Assembly: GCF_006345805.1 (NCBI RefSeq)
Contig: NC_043004.1
Location: forward strand, 52,638,001 to 52,702,000
DNA from: Octopus sinensis
Lineage: Eukaryota
DNA: 64,000 nucleotides
Direction of reading: 5' to 3'
How positions within the stretch are numbered: position 1 is the first letter of the stretch; every line of letters starts with the position of its first letter. The notes beneath the pieces were generated by a model. That model worked only from the letters and a program-made list of their open reading frames with translations. It was not told the DNA's origin and did not search any database. Shown here in pieces: positions 11,507 to 26,132 of this stretch. The translations under genes and the position numbers were made by a program.

Positions 11507-12169
11507 ATTATCTGAATGGGAGAAATAAAGGATGAAGCAATGAATGGAAATTAAACACTGCTGGACACAAGCGGGGGGAGGTAACCGTATTAAAATATTG
11601 AGAGAAATTATGCACTAAAGTAAGATTTAGGAAATGTCATTCCGTTATGGATAGATCTAACTTAAAATTTTCAGTTTACAAGTAATAGAAAAGCAAAGGT
11701 GAAAAAGAATGAATGACAATATTTTCAGACTTATGGGCTACAAATGAAGGAGGGTAACTGCATATTGCGTTCTAATGTTGGGATACAGAGAGATATTAAG
11801 ACATTTGAAATAAGGTTATGGTTATATTTAATTATAGAGAGAAACAGAAGGTATATATGTTAGGACAGAGGTAGAGCTTAGAGAAGATAATGAACCTTAT
11901 GTGATATAATTGTATAGGTTGTGAAGTTATATAATTGTAATCGTATAGAATTAATTACATTTACAATGGGGGTTATTCTGGCTAAGGTTGAGGTGAAGGG
12001 ATAGAAATATAGAGTATGTTGTCATAAAATGTATTTGAATACACTTAGGTATTCAAATACTAATAGGAATATGGATAAAAACTCCCATCGTTTTCTATTA
12101 TGTATAAGAAAACATTAGCTATATAACTTATACGTTATTTTCTTTATAAATAAATGTACATCTACCTAG

Positions 12170-12237
<68 letters not shown>

Positions 12238-12641
12238 GTAAATATTAGAGAGCCAACTATGAGTATGTTGACTCTATGTGCTAGACATAGACCCACCGGT
12301 CAAAGTCGCCGATTATAATTCCACACAGAAATAGCACCACAGTCAACACTATGAAATTAAATTACAACTAAATAATGGATTAATGTTGTACATATGTTTC
12401 CTCATCAACAAAATGCAGATTCTACTTACATAATTGTCTATGATTCGTCAGCAACATTTGTCGATATAATTAATCAGACCATTACAAGCGACGATTCTCC
12501 CATGGTCTGACCAATTACATTCTGGTTGTATTTACAAAATTCCCGCCGAAAGTAAATGCTAAGAGGAAGTGAATACCGCATGTAATATTTACTGCAGCAT
12601 ATCAAATCAATACATTCAATACATTCAATAATATATTCATT

Positions 12642-12744
<103 letters not shown>

Positions 12745-12803
12745 GTGTATATATATATATATACATACATACATACATACATGCATATATATATATATAT
12801 ATA

Positions 12804-12920
<117 letters not shown>

Positions 12921-13022
12921 CATATATATAAATACTATAAGCGTAAATAATTATTCATTTTTAAAATACCAACAATTTCGGTATGGAAATATAACCACTA
13001 TCGGCAGGGACTTTTTTGAAAA

Positions 13023-13069
<47 letters not shown>

Positions 13070-14496
13070 TATATGTATATATATTTATATCAGTTTTTCC
13101 TTAGGATACTACCTCATTTATTTTTAAGCATTTATTGTTAAGCACTTATTTTTAAGATTTTATCCGGGAGTCATTTCTCTTTACATAATTGTGGTATGTC
13201 TGTTTAATACATTTAATCATGTGAAAATCTAGTACTGTATATCATTAGAGACGATAGAAACACGGGATATTTATTTTAATTACTTGTTGATCGTACATTG
13301 CAATGTCGGTAACCCTTTGCATCATCAATCTCAAGGATGCAAATATTTTGCATATAAATATTTACGTTCTGCTTGAGTATGGAGCGATAGATCTTGTAAT
13401 CCACAGCCTACTTGATCTGGTTTTCACTAATGATGTTTATCTAATCCACCACTTTGTTTAGTTACCTTGGTTTCAGATTAATTTATTGCAAGAAATCTCG
13501 CACCGCTCCAACTAAAAATCCCACGGCAGCGAATTCTATTGAGAGTGAAACCGAATGCCATCCCTTGATAACTGCCTCCCCGACCAAATTCTGATGATTG
13601 CAATCCTTTTAACTAGTTAGAATTGTCAAGTCTTCCCAGAGAGAATCAAGTTCAACGAAGTTGATTCATGTCGCGCTCCTGGAACGTAGGAACATCACTG
13701 CTGTGTGCGTGTGCGTGTTTGTATATATGCTTCGGTATACTGCATACTAATTGTTTTGTATGCCATAGACAACTTCCACTTGGAGTATCTGCTGCAGGAA
13801 ACAAAAGAGATTGTAACCCTGTCTTTCCTGTTGCCATACCTAGTATTCTGTCTTTGTCTTTTGGTCTCCAACTAAAGGATTATCCGACAGCTCCAGCCAC
13901 AGTTTCCATTCGCTGAGCAAAAGTAATACTCCTTATTTTTACACTTCATTCTCTCTCCTGTTCTTTCGACTCAAGTTTCGCTATTTTCTTGGTTAACGTT
14001 CATATCTGCATCGTAACCTCGGCTGAGAATAACTGGGAGAGGAATTTCGATAAATATCGAAGCAATTCAACCCGAAAGAAAGAAAGAAAGAAGAGCAAAT
14101 AGAACAGAAATAGTAGAAGAAAAATATGGAGATGAAGAATGAAATAAGAAAAGGAAGAAGATGAAGAAGAGGAGGAGGACGACGACGACGAAAAAAAAGA
14201 AGACTGAGCAGAGTAAAATCGAAGGGCTAACAGCTGAAGAGAAAAACACAACTATAACATTAACAACAACAACAACTACATTAATAAGAATAATGAATAA
14301 TAATTTTTTTTCTGTGTAGTTTAGTGAAGATTATAGAACTGTTTTATTCAGTCAACTTTTGAGGTGATTGTATACCTTCGATCAAAGATGCTCACATTTT
14401 CTGATTCATGTGACAGTCAGGGAATAAAACATCTCTCGATAATTATCTGACATTGATCTTAAAGAAAAAAACAAAAACAAAATCTAAAGACTGCTA

Positions 14497-14574
14497 TATT
14501 ATTATTATTATTGCTGTTGTTTTCATTATTTTTACTATTATTACTATTATCATTATTATGATAGTCATCATCAT

Positions 14575-14617
<43 letters not shown>

Positions 14618-14653
14618 TTCATCATCATAATCATTATCACCATCATCATCATT
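14497..14653. repeat. (ATT)n/(ATC)n compound microsatellite
   Basis: Direct reading. It produces the spurious poly-I and poly-D ORFs. Confidence 0.9.
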
Positions 14654-15304
14654 TGAGTTTAAAATAAGTTTTATATTCCACATTACCATTAATAATTTCT
14701 ATTTACCCCAGAATATATTAGAATACATTCTTCGGTGCAAAGACATAGTTCTTAGAAATTCTGCTTTTATGTTACTCCAATGTTTTTATTCATCTATGTT
14801 TTTTATGCCCTTGTATAATGCTTGGGAAATATAATTCCCATTGAGAATGTTTAGCAGTTGCCAGATTAGAAACACACACACGAACACTCTTACAAACACA
14901 GATACACAGTCACATTTAAGACCAGCGCTTTCATGATTCGAATCAAGATTTCGTGCATAGCGCTTACTGCAAGCATATCAGCAGGGTTTATTTTACACAC
15001 TACCGAACGATTGGAACTGTGACTCAGCTTTGTAAAAACTATACACCTGCTTCTTCGCTATTCGCCCATGTTCACACAACTTGGCGGTGGATTTGGGGGA
15101 AAATGATGTCTTGATTTACGTGACGTACGGATTCATGTAAGGGAGGTTTGCGCAAGCTCATCAGCATAGTCTGTCGTATACAAACATAATTTCCAGAACT
15201 GGATACATAACGATTGACCGGAGTCCCGCATGCATAGAGCTTGCAGATTTTCGCGTATGCATTTACGTGAATATTAACAAGTGAAACTGATCGGTACATA
15301 GCTA

Positions 15305-15471
15305 ATCGTTTTTATTTCGTATATTTTCATTTGTCTTGCTTATTTTTTACACTTTGGTTTTGTGGTGAGTTTTTTTTTTCTTGAGAACAGATTCTTCGTG
15401 GAAAATAGCGATTTTGACGTCTATATCTAGCATTTTGACCGTCCACTTTTAGTGGTCAGTCCTTTAAATTT

Positions 15472-15472
<1 letters not shown>
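15305..15472 (-). repeat. Dispersed repeat family X, single (non-folded) copy
   Basis: Reverse complement aaaatttaaaggactgaccactaaaagtggacggtcaaaatgctagatatagacgtcaaaatcgc... matches 57366-57450 and 3885-4042. It ends at (TA)n. Confidence 0.8.
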
Positions 15473-15510
<38 letters not shown>

Positions 15511-15599
15511 ATATATATATACATATATATATGGATAGATAGTCATATGTTTTAGTGTATGCGTATTTATATTCACCCACATATTTATGTAGGTCTGAG

Positions 15600-15637
<38 letters not shown>

Positions 15638-16733
15638 TATATAGATATATATACGTTTACAATTATATTTTACCGATGTATATATATATGTACACACACA
15701 TGTGCCTGCACTCATGCACGCGCACGCACACACACCCACACAGGTTTTTGTATACAAATTCTATTTCCAATATCTAACTTGTAGTCTGTAAAAATACACC
15801 AGAGCCTCACGGTTGTTACTAATATAACCACCGAAATAACTTTGTTGTCTCCCAGTTGTCAGTTCAACTAAACCAGTTCTTTGATGTAAGGTATAAATAG
15901 AGTGCACTATCTTCATAAATGATTGTCGAAAATCTATTTTGACTGACATGATTTTTCACTCTAAAAAGTTAATAATATTATCTGTCATAACTGATCTGTA
16001 ATTTAAGATAAACATATTTAGACGGTCGTAAATGTGCCCTAAATTTACGTTAATCATATTTGAAAGAACAACTGATAGAACTCATTAGATCATAATTCAT
16101 TTTATTCATCTATAATGTTTTTATCATTGTAAAATGCCTGCTTGGAATTTCGTTCGTTTAAATTTTTTGTGAAAATAAACATATTTATTGACCTACATCT
16201 GTATTGTTCAATATTGATTTCAGATAAGAGACAATATTTTGCTTTGTTTTCTACAGAGAATAGAATATATATGCTCCATTCTTTTTTATAACCATAAGCC
16301 ATACTGAGATAAAAAAAACAATAAAAAGTCCACAAAATATTAACGTTTTATTGGGTAATAGGAAATTGCACGTTGATATTATCGTTGCTTTTTCTTCCCA
16401 GTTTTGCCTTGGTTCAAGACACTCCTGGCCATTGGAGTCACATCTGTAATCAAGCGGTTTTGCTCAAGATATAGCATTTATGGGACTATTATCTAATGTG
16501 TTCGTTGTCATTTGATACTCTTTGAAGTAAGTATACCCACATGATTTCTGTGATCTGTTAAAATATATGTTTTATCTTTATAAGATGTTGTTGCTGATCA
16601 ATAGGTAATTTCCGACTCAGTAAAACCACGGCTACAATGAAAGACTTGGGGCATAAATGGAGCAGATTTTGCTGGTCCTTCTAGCAGTTCAAAAGGCCCT
16701 TTTACACTCGATTGCAATAAAATATATGATTGT

Positions 16734-16799
<66 letters not shown>

Positions 16800-16959
16800 T
16801 TTGTGTGTTAAACCTTATTCAGTCCTTTGTCTACAATTCTATTGATGGTGGTGGTAGTAGGATGGAAATCGGTTCTAACTTGTTATTTATGAATATAGTC
16901 CCTAAAATGATGGGAATAATTGTTTTCATTTGAGGATTATGCTTGAATACCAAGATAAA

Positions 16960-17520
16960 ACGAACAAATACTGAGTAATATACAGCTAGTACCTCACCAA
17001 CACATTTCAATAATAATCTTGTTCTATTCACTTGCATCGATCACAAGTTTTTTGAACCTTCAAAATCTGGGGTCGCATGCTCTCTCATGTATATTTTTTG
17101 CGTTGTATTTTTATCGATTTGTATGACATTAAGAACGGATTAATTTTCGTTAATTTTGGTAGGGATACACAAATGTCGTCCCTTAATTGTCGAGGCTAGT
17201 TACACACTCTTTTCAGTCGAATGAATTGATCCTAAATCACGTTTACTATTTTAGGTTATCGAATCTGGAATACTGAAGGCCAAAGTAACCCTCGGTAAAT
17301 ATTGAACGCAACACGTAAAGTACCAAAACTATTACTGGAAAATATATACGTTCTACGAATCTCTAACATTTCTGTTATATCGTTTATTGCTTCATTACCT
17401 AGTTTTAATATACATTTTCTACGCTTGCTAACAGAGGGCATCTACATTCGAAACAGAGAATGTGGTTTTGCAGCCAACTTACCCAACCAGACATTACTTC
17501 ATCAAGAGAAAAAAGCTATT
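16960..17520 (-). pseudogene. Highly decayed PLE-type RT C-terminal remnant
   Basis: Minus-strand frame contains GLQYSRFDNLKIVNVI*DQFIRLKRVCN, similar to the PLE thumb motif (SQ[F/L]xR[L/Y]xR[I/A]C). Confidence 0.35.
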
Positions 17521-17660
17521 AAAATATCGATAGTTTATTGATGATGCACATGGAAATATCAGAGTGAATATCAGCGAGATCAGTGCGAACTGAATGAAGT
17601 AATGTGCTTAGCATTGATTTCATCATTGTACATCATGTTGAATAAGTTTAAATCAATGTC

Positions 17661-17695
<35 letters not shown>

Positions 17696-18063
17696 GTATT
17701 TGTGCGTGTGTGTGGGTGTGTATACATGTGTATCTCTGTATATGTGTGTGAGTAGTATGCGTGCGTATGCAAGTCTGTCTAGTATTTTACATTGTTACTG
17801 AAGCAAATGGCAGATTCATACAGATGCATACACATACTCACTGTTACGAACGTACCAATATATATATGAAGTGGGGGAGAGACAGACGAATGGCTTGGTT
17901 GATTAATAAATAGATAGAAATACATAAGAAGGTACACAAGCAGACACATACGATAGTGGATACCACAAGTAGCTCAATTTATCATCACGAATCTTAAAGG
18001 AATACATTCCTCTAATATATAAAAGAAGAGGAAAACGAAGAAAGTGAAAGTTGTAGGATTGGC

Positions 18064-18201
<138 letters not shown>

Positions 18202-18260
18202 TATATATATATATATACACAAACACATACATATATAGATATATACATATGCATATAAAT

Positions 18261-18298
<38 letters not shown>

Positions 18299-18959
18299 CA
18301 TATATATATTCTTTAGCCCCCTCTTCTCCCACTATTCTATTTATTTACTAAGTGACTCTGCTTCCCCCACACCTTCGCCCTTGCTCACTTGGCTCCCACA
18401 TTACCAACGGTCATCTTTCTTTCTTCTCTTAACTTGTGTTCCTTTCTTTCTATCTGTTGTAGCTGGAACAAGAACACGTGTTATTGTCTGTCTCCTGTAC
18501 AAGCTAGATTTACGCGTTCGGCACCACAACCTTGTTTAGGCTGAGAAGCCCTCCATTTTCTTTGCAATGTCCTGCGTGTGTTGCAATTTCGACCCTCCGC
18601 AAATTCCCAAATTTTAATAATTGCGGGAGCAACATCTTTATCGAGAACATATATTGTCTTCAAATGCTCGAAATACAAGTCTAGAAAAACAGCCAAACAC
18701 TGATGAAGGGTCGTTCTTTATGTTGTTTGTCTTATTTTCCATTTGTGATTTCCGTTCTTCAAAAAGATAGTTCATATAGTACTCGTCCTTTGTATTTTTT
18801 GTTGTACATGTTTCATGACGTCCTGTGCCCTAATATGCATATATATATTTATATACGTATACATGCAAGTATGTACATATACGTACGTATATATGCTTAA
18901 ATATATTATTTATATTATTATATGATTGAACGCCACGCATTCTTCCAAGTGAGTTTTTG

Positions 18960-19020
<61 letters not shown>

Positions 19021-19077
19021 AAGAGGCAGAATATAGAAAGAAAGAAAGAGCGAGAGATACATGCTTTTGAATACACG

Positions 19078-19142
<65 letters not shown>

Positions 19143-19345
19143 GTGAATGAATTATCCTATGTTTATCGTGAGCATGGAAAATTCGTTGAACCGAAACCAG
19201 GGTAGCAAATTCACGTCAGAAACACGGCTGAAGCGACCTGTCCAATGGTAGAAACTCCGGGTTCATGTGCAGAAATGTGTGTTGTATATGAATAAATGAA
19301 AGAAAGGAGTCGAACGAAGATGTTAACAAAATTCCTATACGCTCG

Positions 19346-19386
<41 letters not shown>

Positions 19387-19523
19387 ACTTCTTTGAAATA
19401 ATTTTCTTTAGCCCTTTCTTATAAGTTGTTTATAATTATAACCGTAAAAGTATTTTAATATGCTGCCACATTTCCTGATGGAATTCTTTTCCGTAGAGAA
19501 AAAAACTTCATCCTATATTAGTA

Positions 19524-19571
<48 letters not shown>

Positions 19572-19848
19572 AGAAAATGGAGAAATACATCTAAATCAAA
19601 TATCAATTACCAGATAATACTCAATCACATACTTTATTAAACCACCACATAAGAGACTGTAGGGTTAAATATAAAAAGCAGAACAAATCAGTGTTCATAA
19701 AGGAATGTACATAAAAAAGTGTACATAAAAGAGTAATGTTGTATAATAAGTAGAATATATATAAAAGAGAATATAAATACAAGTAAGTATAAATATAAGT
19801 ATAAATTAGGTCTTATATATATATATGTATATACATATTGTATATATA

Positions 19849-19889
<41 letters not shown>

Positions 19890-19893
<4 letters not shown>

Positions 19894-20847
19894 AAATTTT
19901 TGAACAGTGAGGAAAATATCAGAGACCCTTGTATTCCATTTTCTACCATATCTTCATTTATTCAATGATACCAAAAAATCGGGAACTGTTGAAAACAGAA
20001 TAAGATCCGGTGCATCACGCAAGATTTCCCCTAGATCTTTAAGAAAAATGAAGCGAAGAATCGGACAAAACGCAATGATCATCAAAAAGGAGTTGCAAGA
20101 AGATCTGTTAGCTTCAGGGACTAGTGATACACTACGAACAATCAACAATGAACTTCATAGGAATGAACTGAAGTCATGCTCTCCTAGAAAAACTCCGCTG
20201 TTGACTAAAAGGCATAGAGATGCCCATTTAAAATTTGTTTATGAACATAAAGATAGATATGATACATTCTGGAAAAATGTTCTATTCGCCGAAAAACACA
20301 ATTCCTACCGTAAAGTTTGGAGGCGGCAACATCATGGTGTGGGGGTGTTTCTCTGCAAACGATACGGGCAATTTACATGTGATATATGGTAGAATGAATG
20401 CAGAGATGTACCAGATTATTTTGAACAATGATTTATGGGACTCTTTAGAAAAGCTCCAGATTTGTGAAGGGTGGGTTTTACAACAAGATAAAGATCCTTA
20501 GCACATGGCGAAATCTACCAAAAAATGGATTGTCGATCAAAATATAAGATTATTAAAATGGCCATGTCCCCTGACTTGAACCCCATTGAAAATTTGCGGC
20601 GTTATTTGAAAATTAAAATTCATTCAAGAGCCTCAACGTACATTCCAGATTTGAAGACAATTTGTCCAGAAGAATGGGAAAAAGTTCCGAAAGAAACATG
20701 CAAGTCATTGATTAAGATCTACAAGAAGAGATTGGTTGAAGTGGAACTGAATAATGGTTATGCTATGAAGTATTAAATCAGAAATCATTTCTGATAAATA
20801 AAGATAAAGAATTTTGACACGTACGAATATTTATTCGCCCCCCCCTG
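19890..20847 (+). mobile_element. Tc1-type (DD34E) transposon, 5'-truncated, with internal deletion
   Basis: Motifs [35 protein letters not shown] and SPDLNPIENL. Right TIR-like end gaatatttattcgcccccccc-ctg at about 20820-20847. The first catalytic Asp region is deleted (VLF joined to [10 protein letters not shown]). Several stops and frameshifts. Confidence 0.88.
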
Positions 20848-20876
20848 ATATATACATACATATATACATATACATA

Positions 20877-20933
<57 letters not shown>

Positions 20934-20971
20934 ATATACATATACAGACATATATATACATACACACATCC

Positions 20972-21012
<41 letters not shown>

Positions 21013-21327
21013 CACACATACATATATGTATATATATACATATATATATATATACACACTTTTATATACATGCATCTATATATACATATATATGTATATA
21101 GATATACATATGTATATGTAAATATTATATACATAATATACATACATATATCTAATATATGTACGTACATGAATCCGTATATATATATGTATATATATAT
21201 ATATATATATGCATATATGCATATATACATACGAGTACGTATATGTTCATGCATCTACACGTATGTATATATATATATATATATGTATATATATGTATAC
21301 ATACATATATATCTATATCTATCTATG

Positions 21328-21365
<38 letters not shown>

Positions 21366-21407
21366 TAGTTATATAGATATAAATCCTTGTGCATATATAT
21401 GGATACG

Positions 21408-21476
<69 letters not shown>

Positions 21477-21486
21477 GTATATGTTA

Positions 21487-21530
<44 letters not shown>

Positions 21531-21751
21531 GATGTATAAAAACCTGTAATATACAAATAAATATCTGTAAATATAAAACCATCCGAATTTTTGAGTACCT
21601 CATTTCTTCTAATATAAAATGCTGTACATCATCTCCAAATCTTCTAATATATATATACATATATACATATATCGATACATATATAAATACATATATATTC
21701 ACGTATATATATACATACGTATATATATATATATATGTATGTATATATATG

Positions 21752-21808
<57 letters not shown>

Positions 21809-21809
<1 letters not shown>

Positions 21810-22672
21810 TTATCAGTAACAATGAAGGGTGAAATTAATTAATTTGGAATAATTATCAATTACACCAAGTAGTCTTCGGCATGTAAAAGCCTCATTCGAG
21901 GAAAATTTAAGTAATACTAAGCAATTAAGGGTTTAGCAACGAATTGCCTTACCGCACACCGAATTTAGAAATAGCAGTCAAAGAGATTATAGCTATTTCT
22001 TCTACTAAAAGGGAGATCACAGTAAAGACACAGCATTTGAATGGCAAACACAAACAGGTAAGAGAAAATGAATTAACGGCAATCTATCATACAGTTTTAA
22101 GTCACCTACGGACGTACGTTTCGAGATCAAGTCTTAGGAAAGCATAATAATTAGATAATTCTACATTACCCAGACTTCTTCTCTCATCAGCGCAGGATAC
22201 AAACAATCATGAATGATTGTATATTGAATTTTGAGATACTGGAAGGCACCAACTCAACTCAGTATCAGAGCGAGCTAGAAGACACAGCTAGTATCACCAA
22301 ATTCAAAGTGTGAATGAAAGCTTGTGTCACCAGTCCCTTCCCACCCGCGTGTAGCCAAGACAAAGTGCTGTGGTCATTTACTGGGATGAATATGGTTATC
22401 AGTAACAATGAAGGGTGAAATTAATTAATTTGGAATAATTATCAATTACACCAAGTAGTCTTCGGCATGTAAAAGCCTCATTCGAGGAAAATTTAAGTAA
22501 TACTAAGCAATTAAGGGTTTAGCAACGAATTGCCTTACCGCACACCAAATGCTGTGTCTTTACTGTGATCTCCCCTTTTAGTAGAAGAAATAGCTATAAT
22601 CTCTTTGACTGCTATTTCTAAATTCGGTGTGCGGTAAGGCAATTCGTTGCTAAACCCTTAATTGCTTAGTAT
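21809..22672. repeat. 586-bp unit (21809-22394) plus 152-bp tandem overlap (22395-22546) plus inverted segment (22547-22672, reverse complement of about 21915-22039)
   Basis: gttatcagtaacaatgaagggtg occurs at 21809 and 22395. aaatgctgtgtctttactg at 22547 is the reverse complement of 22017-22039. Confidence 0.92.
22105..22196 (-). ncRNA. Type I hammerhead ribozyme with extended stem II
   Basis: Minus strand reads cctgcg-CTGATGA-gaga-ag-aagtct...agactt-ga-tctc-GAAAC-gtac-GTC|cgtagg. Stem I is 6 bp (one G-U), stem II is 4+6 bp, and the triplet is canonical GUC. Confidence 0.88.
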
Positions 22673-22710
22673 ATATATATATATATATATATAGATAGAT
22701 AGATAGATAG

Positions 22711-22744
<34 letters not shown>

Positions 22745-22780
22745 CATAGATAAATGTATATATATATATATATATATGTG

Positions 22781-22874
<94 letters not shown>

Positions 22875-22879
22875 TATAT

Positions 22880-22985
22880 ACAGCAAACAGGTGTATTAGT
22901 TTAACGCTCGGGAAGGTGAGAAAGTATTACACGTTTCGTGCGTACGGTCTTCAACAGAAAGGAAGACGAGAAATTAAACATTGAA
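22880..22985 (-). repeat. Short dispersed repeat carrying a hammerhead-like CTGTTGA...GAAACGT motif (family also at 52975-53110, fragment 61385-61445)
   Basis: Shared segments aaacaggtgtattagtttaacgctc and ctgttgaaga..cgta.g..cgaaacgt. Confidence 0.6.
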
Positions 22986-23559
22986 AAACAAAAACTTTGG
23001 CGGCTCGTGGTCAATCATGGCGGCGGGCTGAACAGAGTTGCTTAGATACGGGAGATTATAAAGTACTTGTGTTCCTAAAACGAAGGTGCACGTGCGTGTG
23101 TATATGAGAGTGTGTGTGTGCGTGTGGATAGTGGCTGGTGACCTTCACATGTGGGTGTGTGCGTCTGTAATCATGTGCGTCTGTAATGTGTGGGTGTGTG
23201 GATGATGATGTGGTTGCTGGGTGTTGGTCAGTGCTAGGGTGTGCGAACTGGTGTAATGTGGTGTTGTGTGGCTTGATATGCTGTGGTGGTGTGTAGTGTA
23301 GATTCTGTAAAGTGGTTAGTGCTAGTGTGTGCGGTGTCGGTTTATGGTGAAGATATGAGGTAAGAGTGTGTATGTGTCTGTGTGTGTGCGTGCGTATCCA
23401 ATAATTATCACTCTCATAAAATCAGATCTTATCAGACCTAAGAAAGGTTAGGCAACAAAATTCTGCTTAGAAATCTGAGGGCATCTTTTGGAAACGTCGA
23501 AAGGTTTCTACCTGTTTAGAAACTTCTACATAATTCATAAAATTAAATTTGCAGTGGAA

Positions 23560-23900
23560 ATTCAGTATACAGACGATATCCCGTTAGCCGGATACATTGC
23601 CGAAGAAAAATTATAGCGGATGCAGTGATGATTATGAATAAGTTTTAAATAGTGCCGAAAAGGAATTGCTCTTGAAGCGGGATTAATTATCATCTAATGT
23701 ATCACATATTGTACTGAAATGATGCTTGTGCCTTCAGATTAAAATCTCTGTAAATCGATAAATCAACATACCCAATTGCTCTGAAAGATTCCTGCATAAA
23801 TTCAAAGAAGCAAGTTTTATTAATTCCACAAAAGAACTTCGGTTAAAAATATTGCAATTTGAAGATAAGACAAATTCTTATAGGTGTGATAAGTCGAGAA
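23560..23900 (+). pseudogene. Old LINE RT remnant
   Basis: cagtatacagacgatatcccgttagcc translates to QYTDDIPLA, resembling the non-LTR RT YADD motif. The rest is decayed. Confidence 0.3.
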
Positions 23901-23984
23901 GCTAATTTAAATCATTAGATATATATTGTATAAGTTTATTAAATGTACCGTATTTAATGAGGCGTAGCTGTGATATAAGAATAT

Positions 23985-24330
23985 AGGTGTAGATGTTGGT
24001 GCGTGGTAAGAAGCTTGCTTCTCAACTACATGGTTGCATGTCCCCTTGGGCAAGTGTCTTCTACTATATCCTCGGAACACCCAAAAGATTGTGAGTGGAT
24101 TTGACAGACGGAATCTGAAAGAAGCCCGTCGTACATATGTATGCATACATATATTTGTGCGTGTGTGTCTGTTTAGGCTGTAACTTAGCGGTTCGGCAGA
24201 GACCGGTAGAATAAGTACTAGGTCTAAAAATAATAAATAATGGACTCGATATATTCGACTAAACAGGTCTTCAAAGCGATGCTCCAGCATGGCAGCAGTC
24301 TAATAACTGAAACAGGTAGAGTTAAAAGAT
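23985..24330 (+). mobile_element. SINE family B (diverged)
   Basis: ccttgggcaagtgtcttctactat...gaaagaagcccgtcg...gctccagcatggc matches 25480-25930. Confidence 0.8.
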
Positions 24331-25422
24331 AAAAAGTAATGTCATAAAATAATTTTTGGTGACTTACGTTAAATGACATGGTTGTATGTTACTCAAGAAA
24401 GAATAATTTTTGCAAAAAGATGAACAGGTGAGGACAACAACATTCATGGCGAATTATTCATGCGAAACATTCGCCGAGGGAATTGGATGAAAGTACCTAA
24501 TCTTGAGAGTTTGTGAAAAAAATTGATGTACAAAATGAGCATCAGAATGTATCAACAAAGCGAGATTAGAGCTTACAGCAGAAGAACCTAGCAGACTGGA
24601 GACTGATGTAGCAGATGCTATAGTGAAAATATTTCAATTTCGTTTACACTTGGGAAAGTGTAGAACGGTCGGCTATATGTTGGAGAAATAATTGATTCGT
24701 ATGATGTGAGCAGAATCGTATATATAATGAGAATATTGGTCAACAAAGAACTGATGAAACAGAGACGCAAGGGAAAAAATTCTCAATTAAAGGAAACAAG
24801 ATGCTAATTTTAGAATTTTCGAAGTTGGAAAGCAGGTGATAATGGATGCGGATTTGAATCTAGAAAGAGCAACGCAAGTCATAAGACAAGTTGAAAGTGA
24901 ATTCAGCTGCTATAGGGTCATACAAAAAAGAGAAGAAAAATCGATACTCGCTTCCCTTTGACTTTATTTAAAAAGATAATAAAAACATTTAATTTTCTTT
25001 TGCATATGCTGATGCAATCGATTCACTAGTACAACATAAAACTGAGTCCATTTCATTTACTTCCTTTTTTATTTATATCGATCTCCAAACGCTCTTTTCC
25101 GTGTTAAATTTCGGAAAATTAAAAATTTAGTATTTGTCAAATTCCAGGCATCAGCTGATGATTTTTATGTTTATATATTCGTATACCGCGTTTCCGAATA
25201 TTGCAGTAGTTTTTCAGATACGCATTATTCACAGTAACATGGGTTTTCATGCACACAAAAAGACACATACACAGACATATATGCACACACACACACACAC
25301 ATACACATACACACACACAGATATATGGGTTTGTGTGTGTGTGCATATACAAGCACGCAAACACTCAAGACTATATATGTATACGCATCTACCAATGTAT
25401 CAATTTTATCACGTTCTGTATC

Positions 25423-25460
<38 letters not shown>

Positions 25461-25479
25461 TATATATATATATATACAC

Positions 25480-25651
25480 GCAGGAGTGGCTGTGTGATAA
25501 GTAGCTTGTTTATCTACCACATGGTTCCGGGTTCAGTCCCACTGCGTAGCACCTTGGGCAAGTGTCTTCTACTATTACCTCGGGCCGACCAAAGCCTTGT
25601 GAGTGGATTTGGTAGACGGAAACTGAAAGAAGCCCGTCGTATATATATATG

Positions 25652-25718
<67 letters not shown>

Positions 25719-25930
25719 GTGTGTTTGTGTGTTGTGTTTATCCCCCTAGCATTGCTTGACAACCGATGCTGGTGTGTTTACGTCCCTGTCACTTAGCGGT
25801 TCGGCAAAAGAGACCAATTGAATAAGTACTGCGCTTACAAAAGAATAAGTCCCGGGGTCGAGTTGCTCGATCAAAGGCGGTGCTCCAGCATGGCCGCAGT
25901 CAAATGACTGAAACAAGTAAAAGAGTAATA
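25480..25930 (+). mobile_element. tRNA-derived SINE family B, well preserved
   Basis: A-box-like tggctgtgtga and B-box-like gggttcagtccc (25529-25540). The segment ccttgggcaagtgtctt resembles the CORE-SINE conserved segment. There is an internal (TA)(TG) microsatellite and the tail gactgaaacaagtaaaagagt. Confidence 0.88.
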
Positions 25931-26132
25931 GAGTATATATATATATATACTACAAAATTAGAAAATGGAGAAACATACTTAAATCAATAAAACATCAACT
26001 ATCAGATGATACCCAATCAATACTTTATTACACCATTACATATCAGTAAAGGCATTATACAAAATATACAGTAAAAGTAAATAGACAAAGAGATATAAGT
26101 ATAAAATTTCAAATATAATATGTAATTAAATC

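Noticed and set aside
15160-15300. CTGATGA (minus) and GAAAC..GTA-catag (plus)
   Set aside because: The two half-motifs are on opposite strands and cannot form one ribozyme.
18695-18790. CTGATGAAGG as a hammerhead core
   Set aside because: No downstream GAAA-stem III-NUH with a matching stem I was found.
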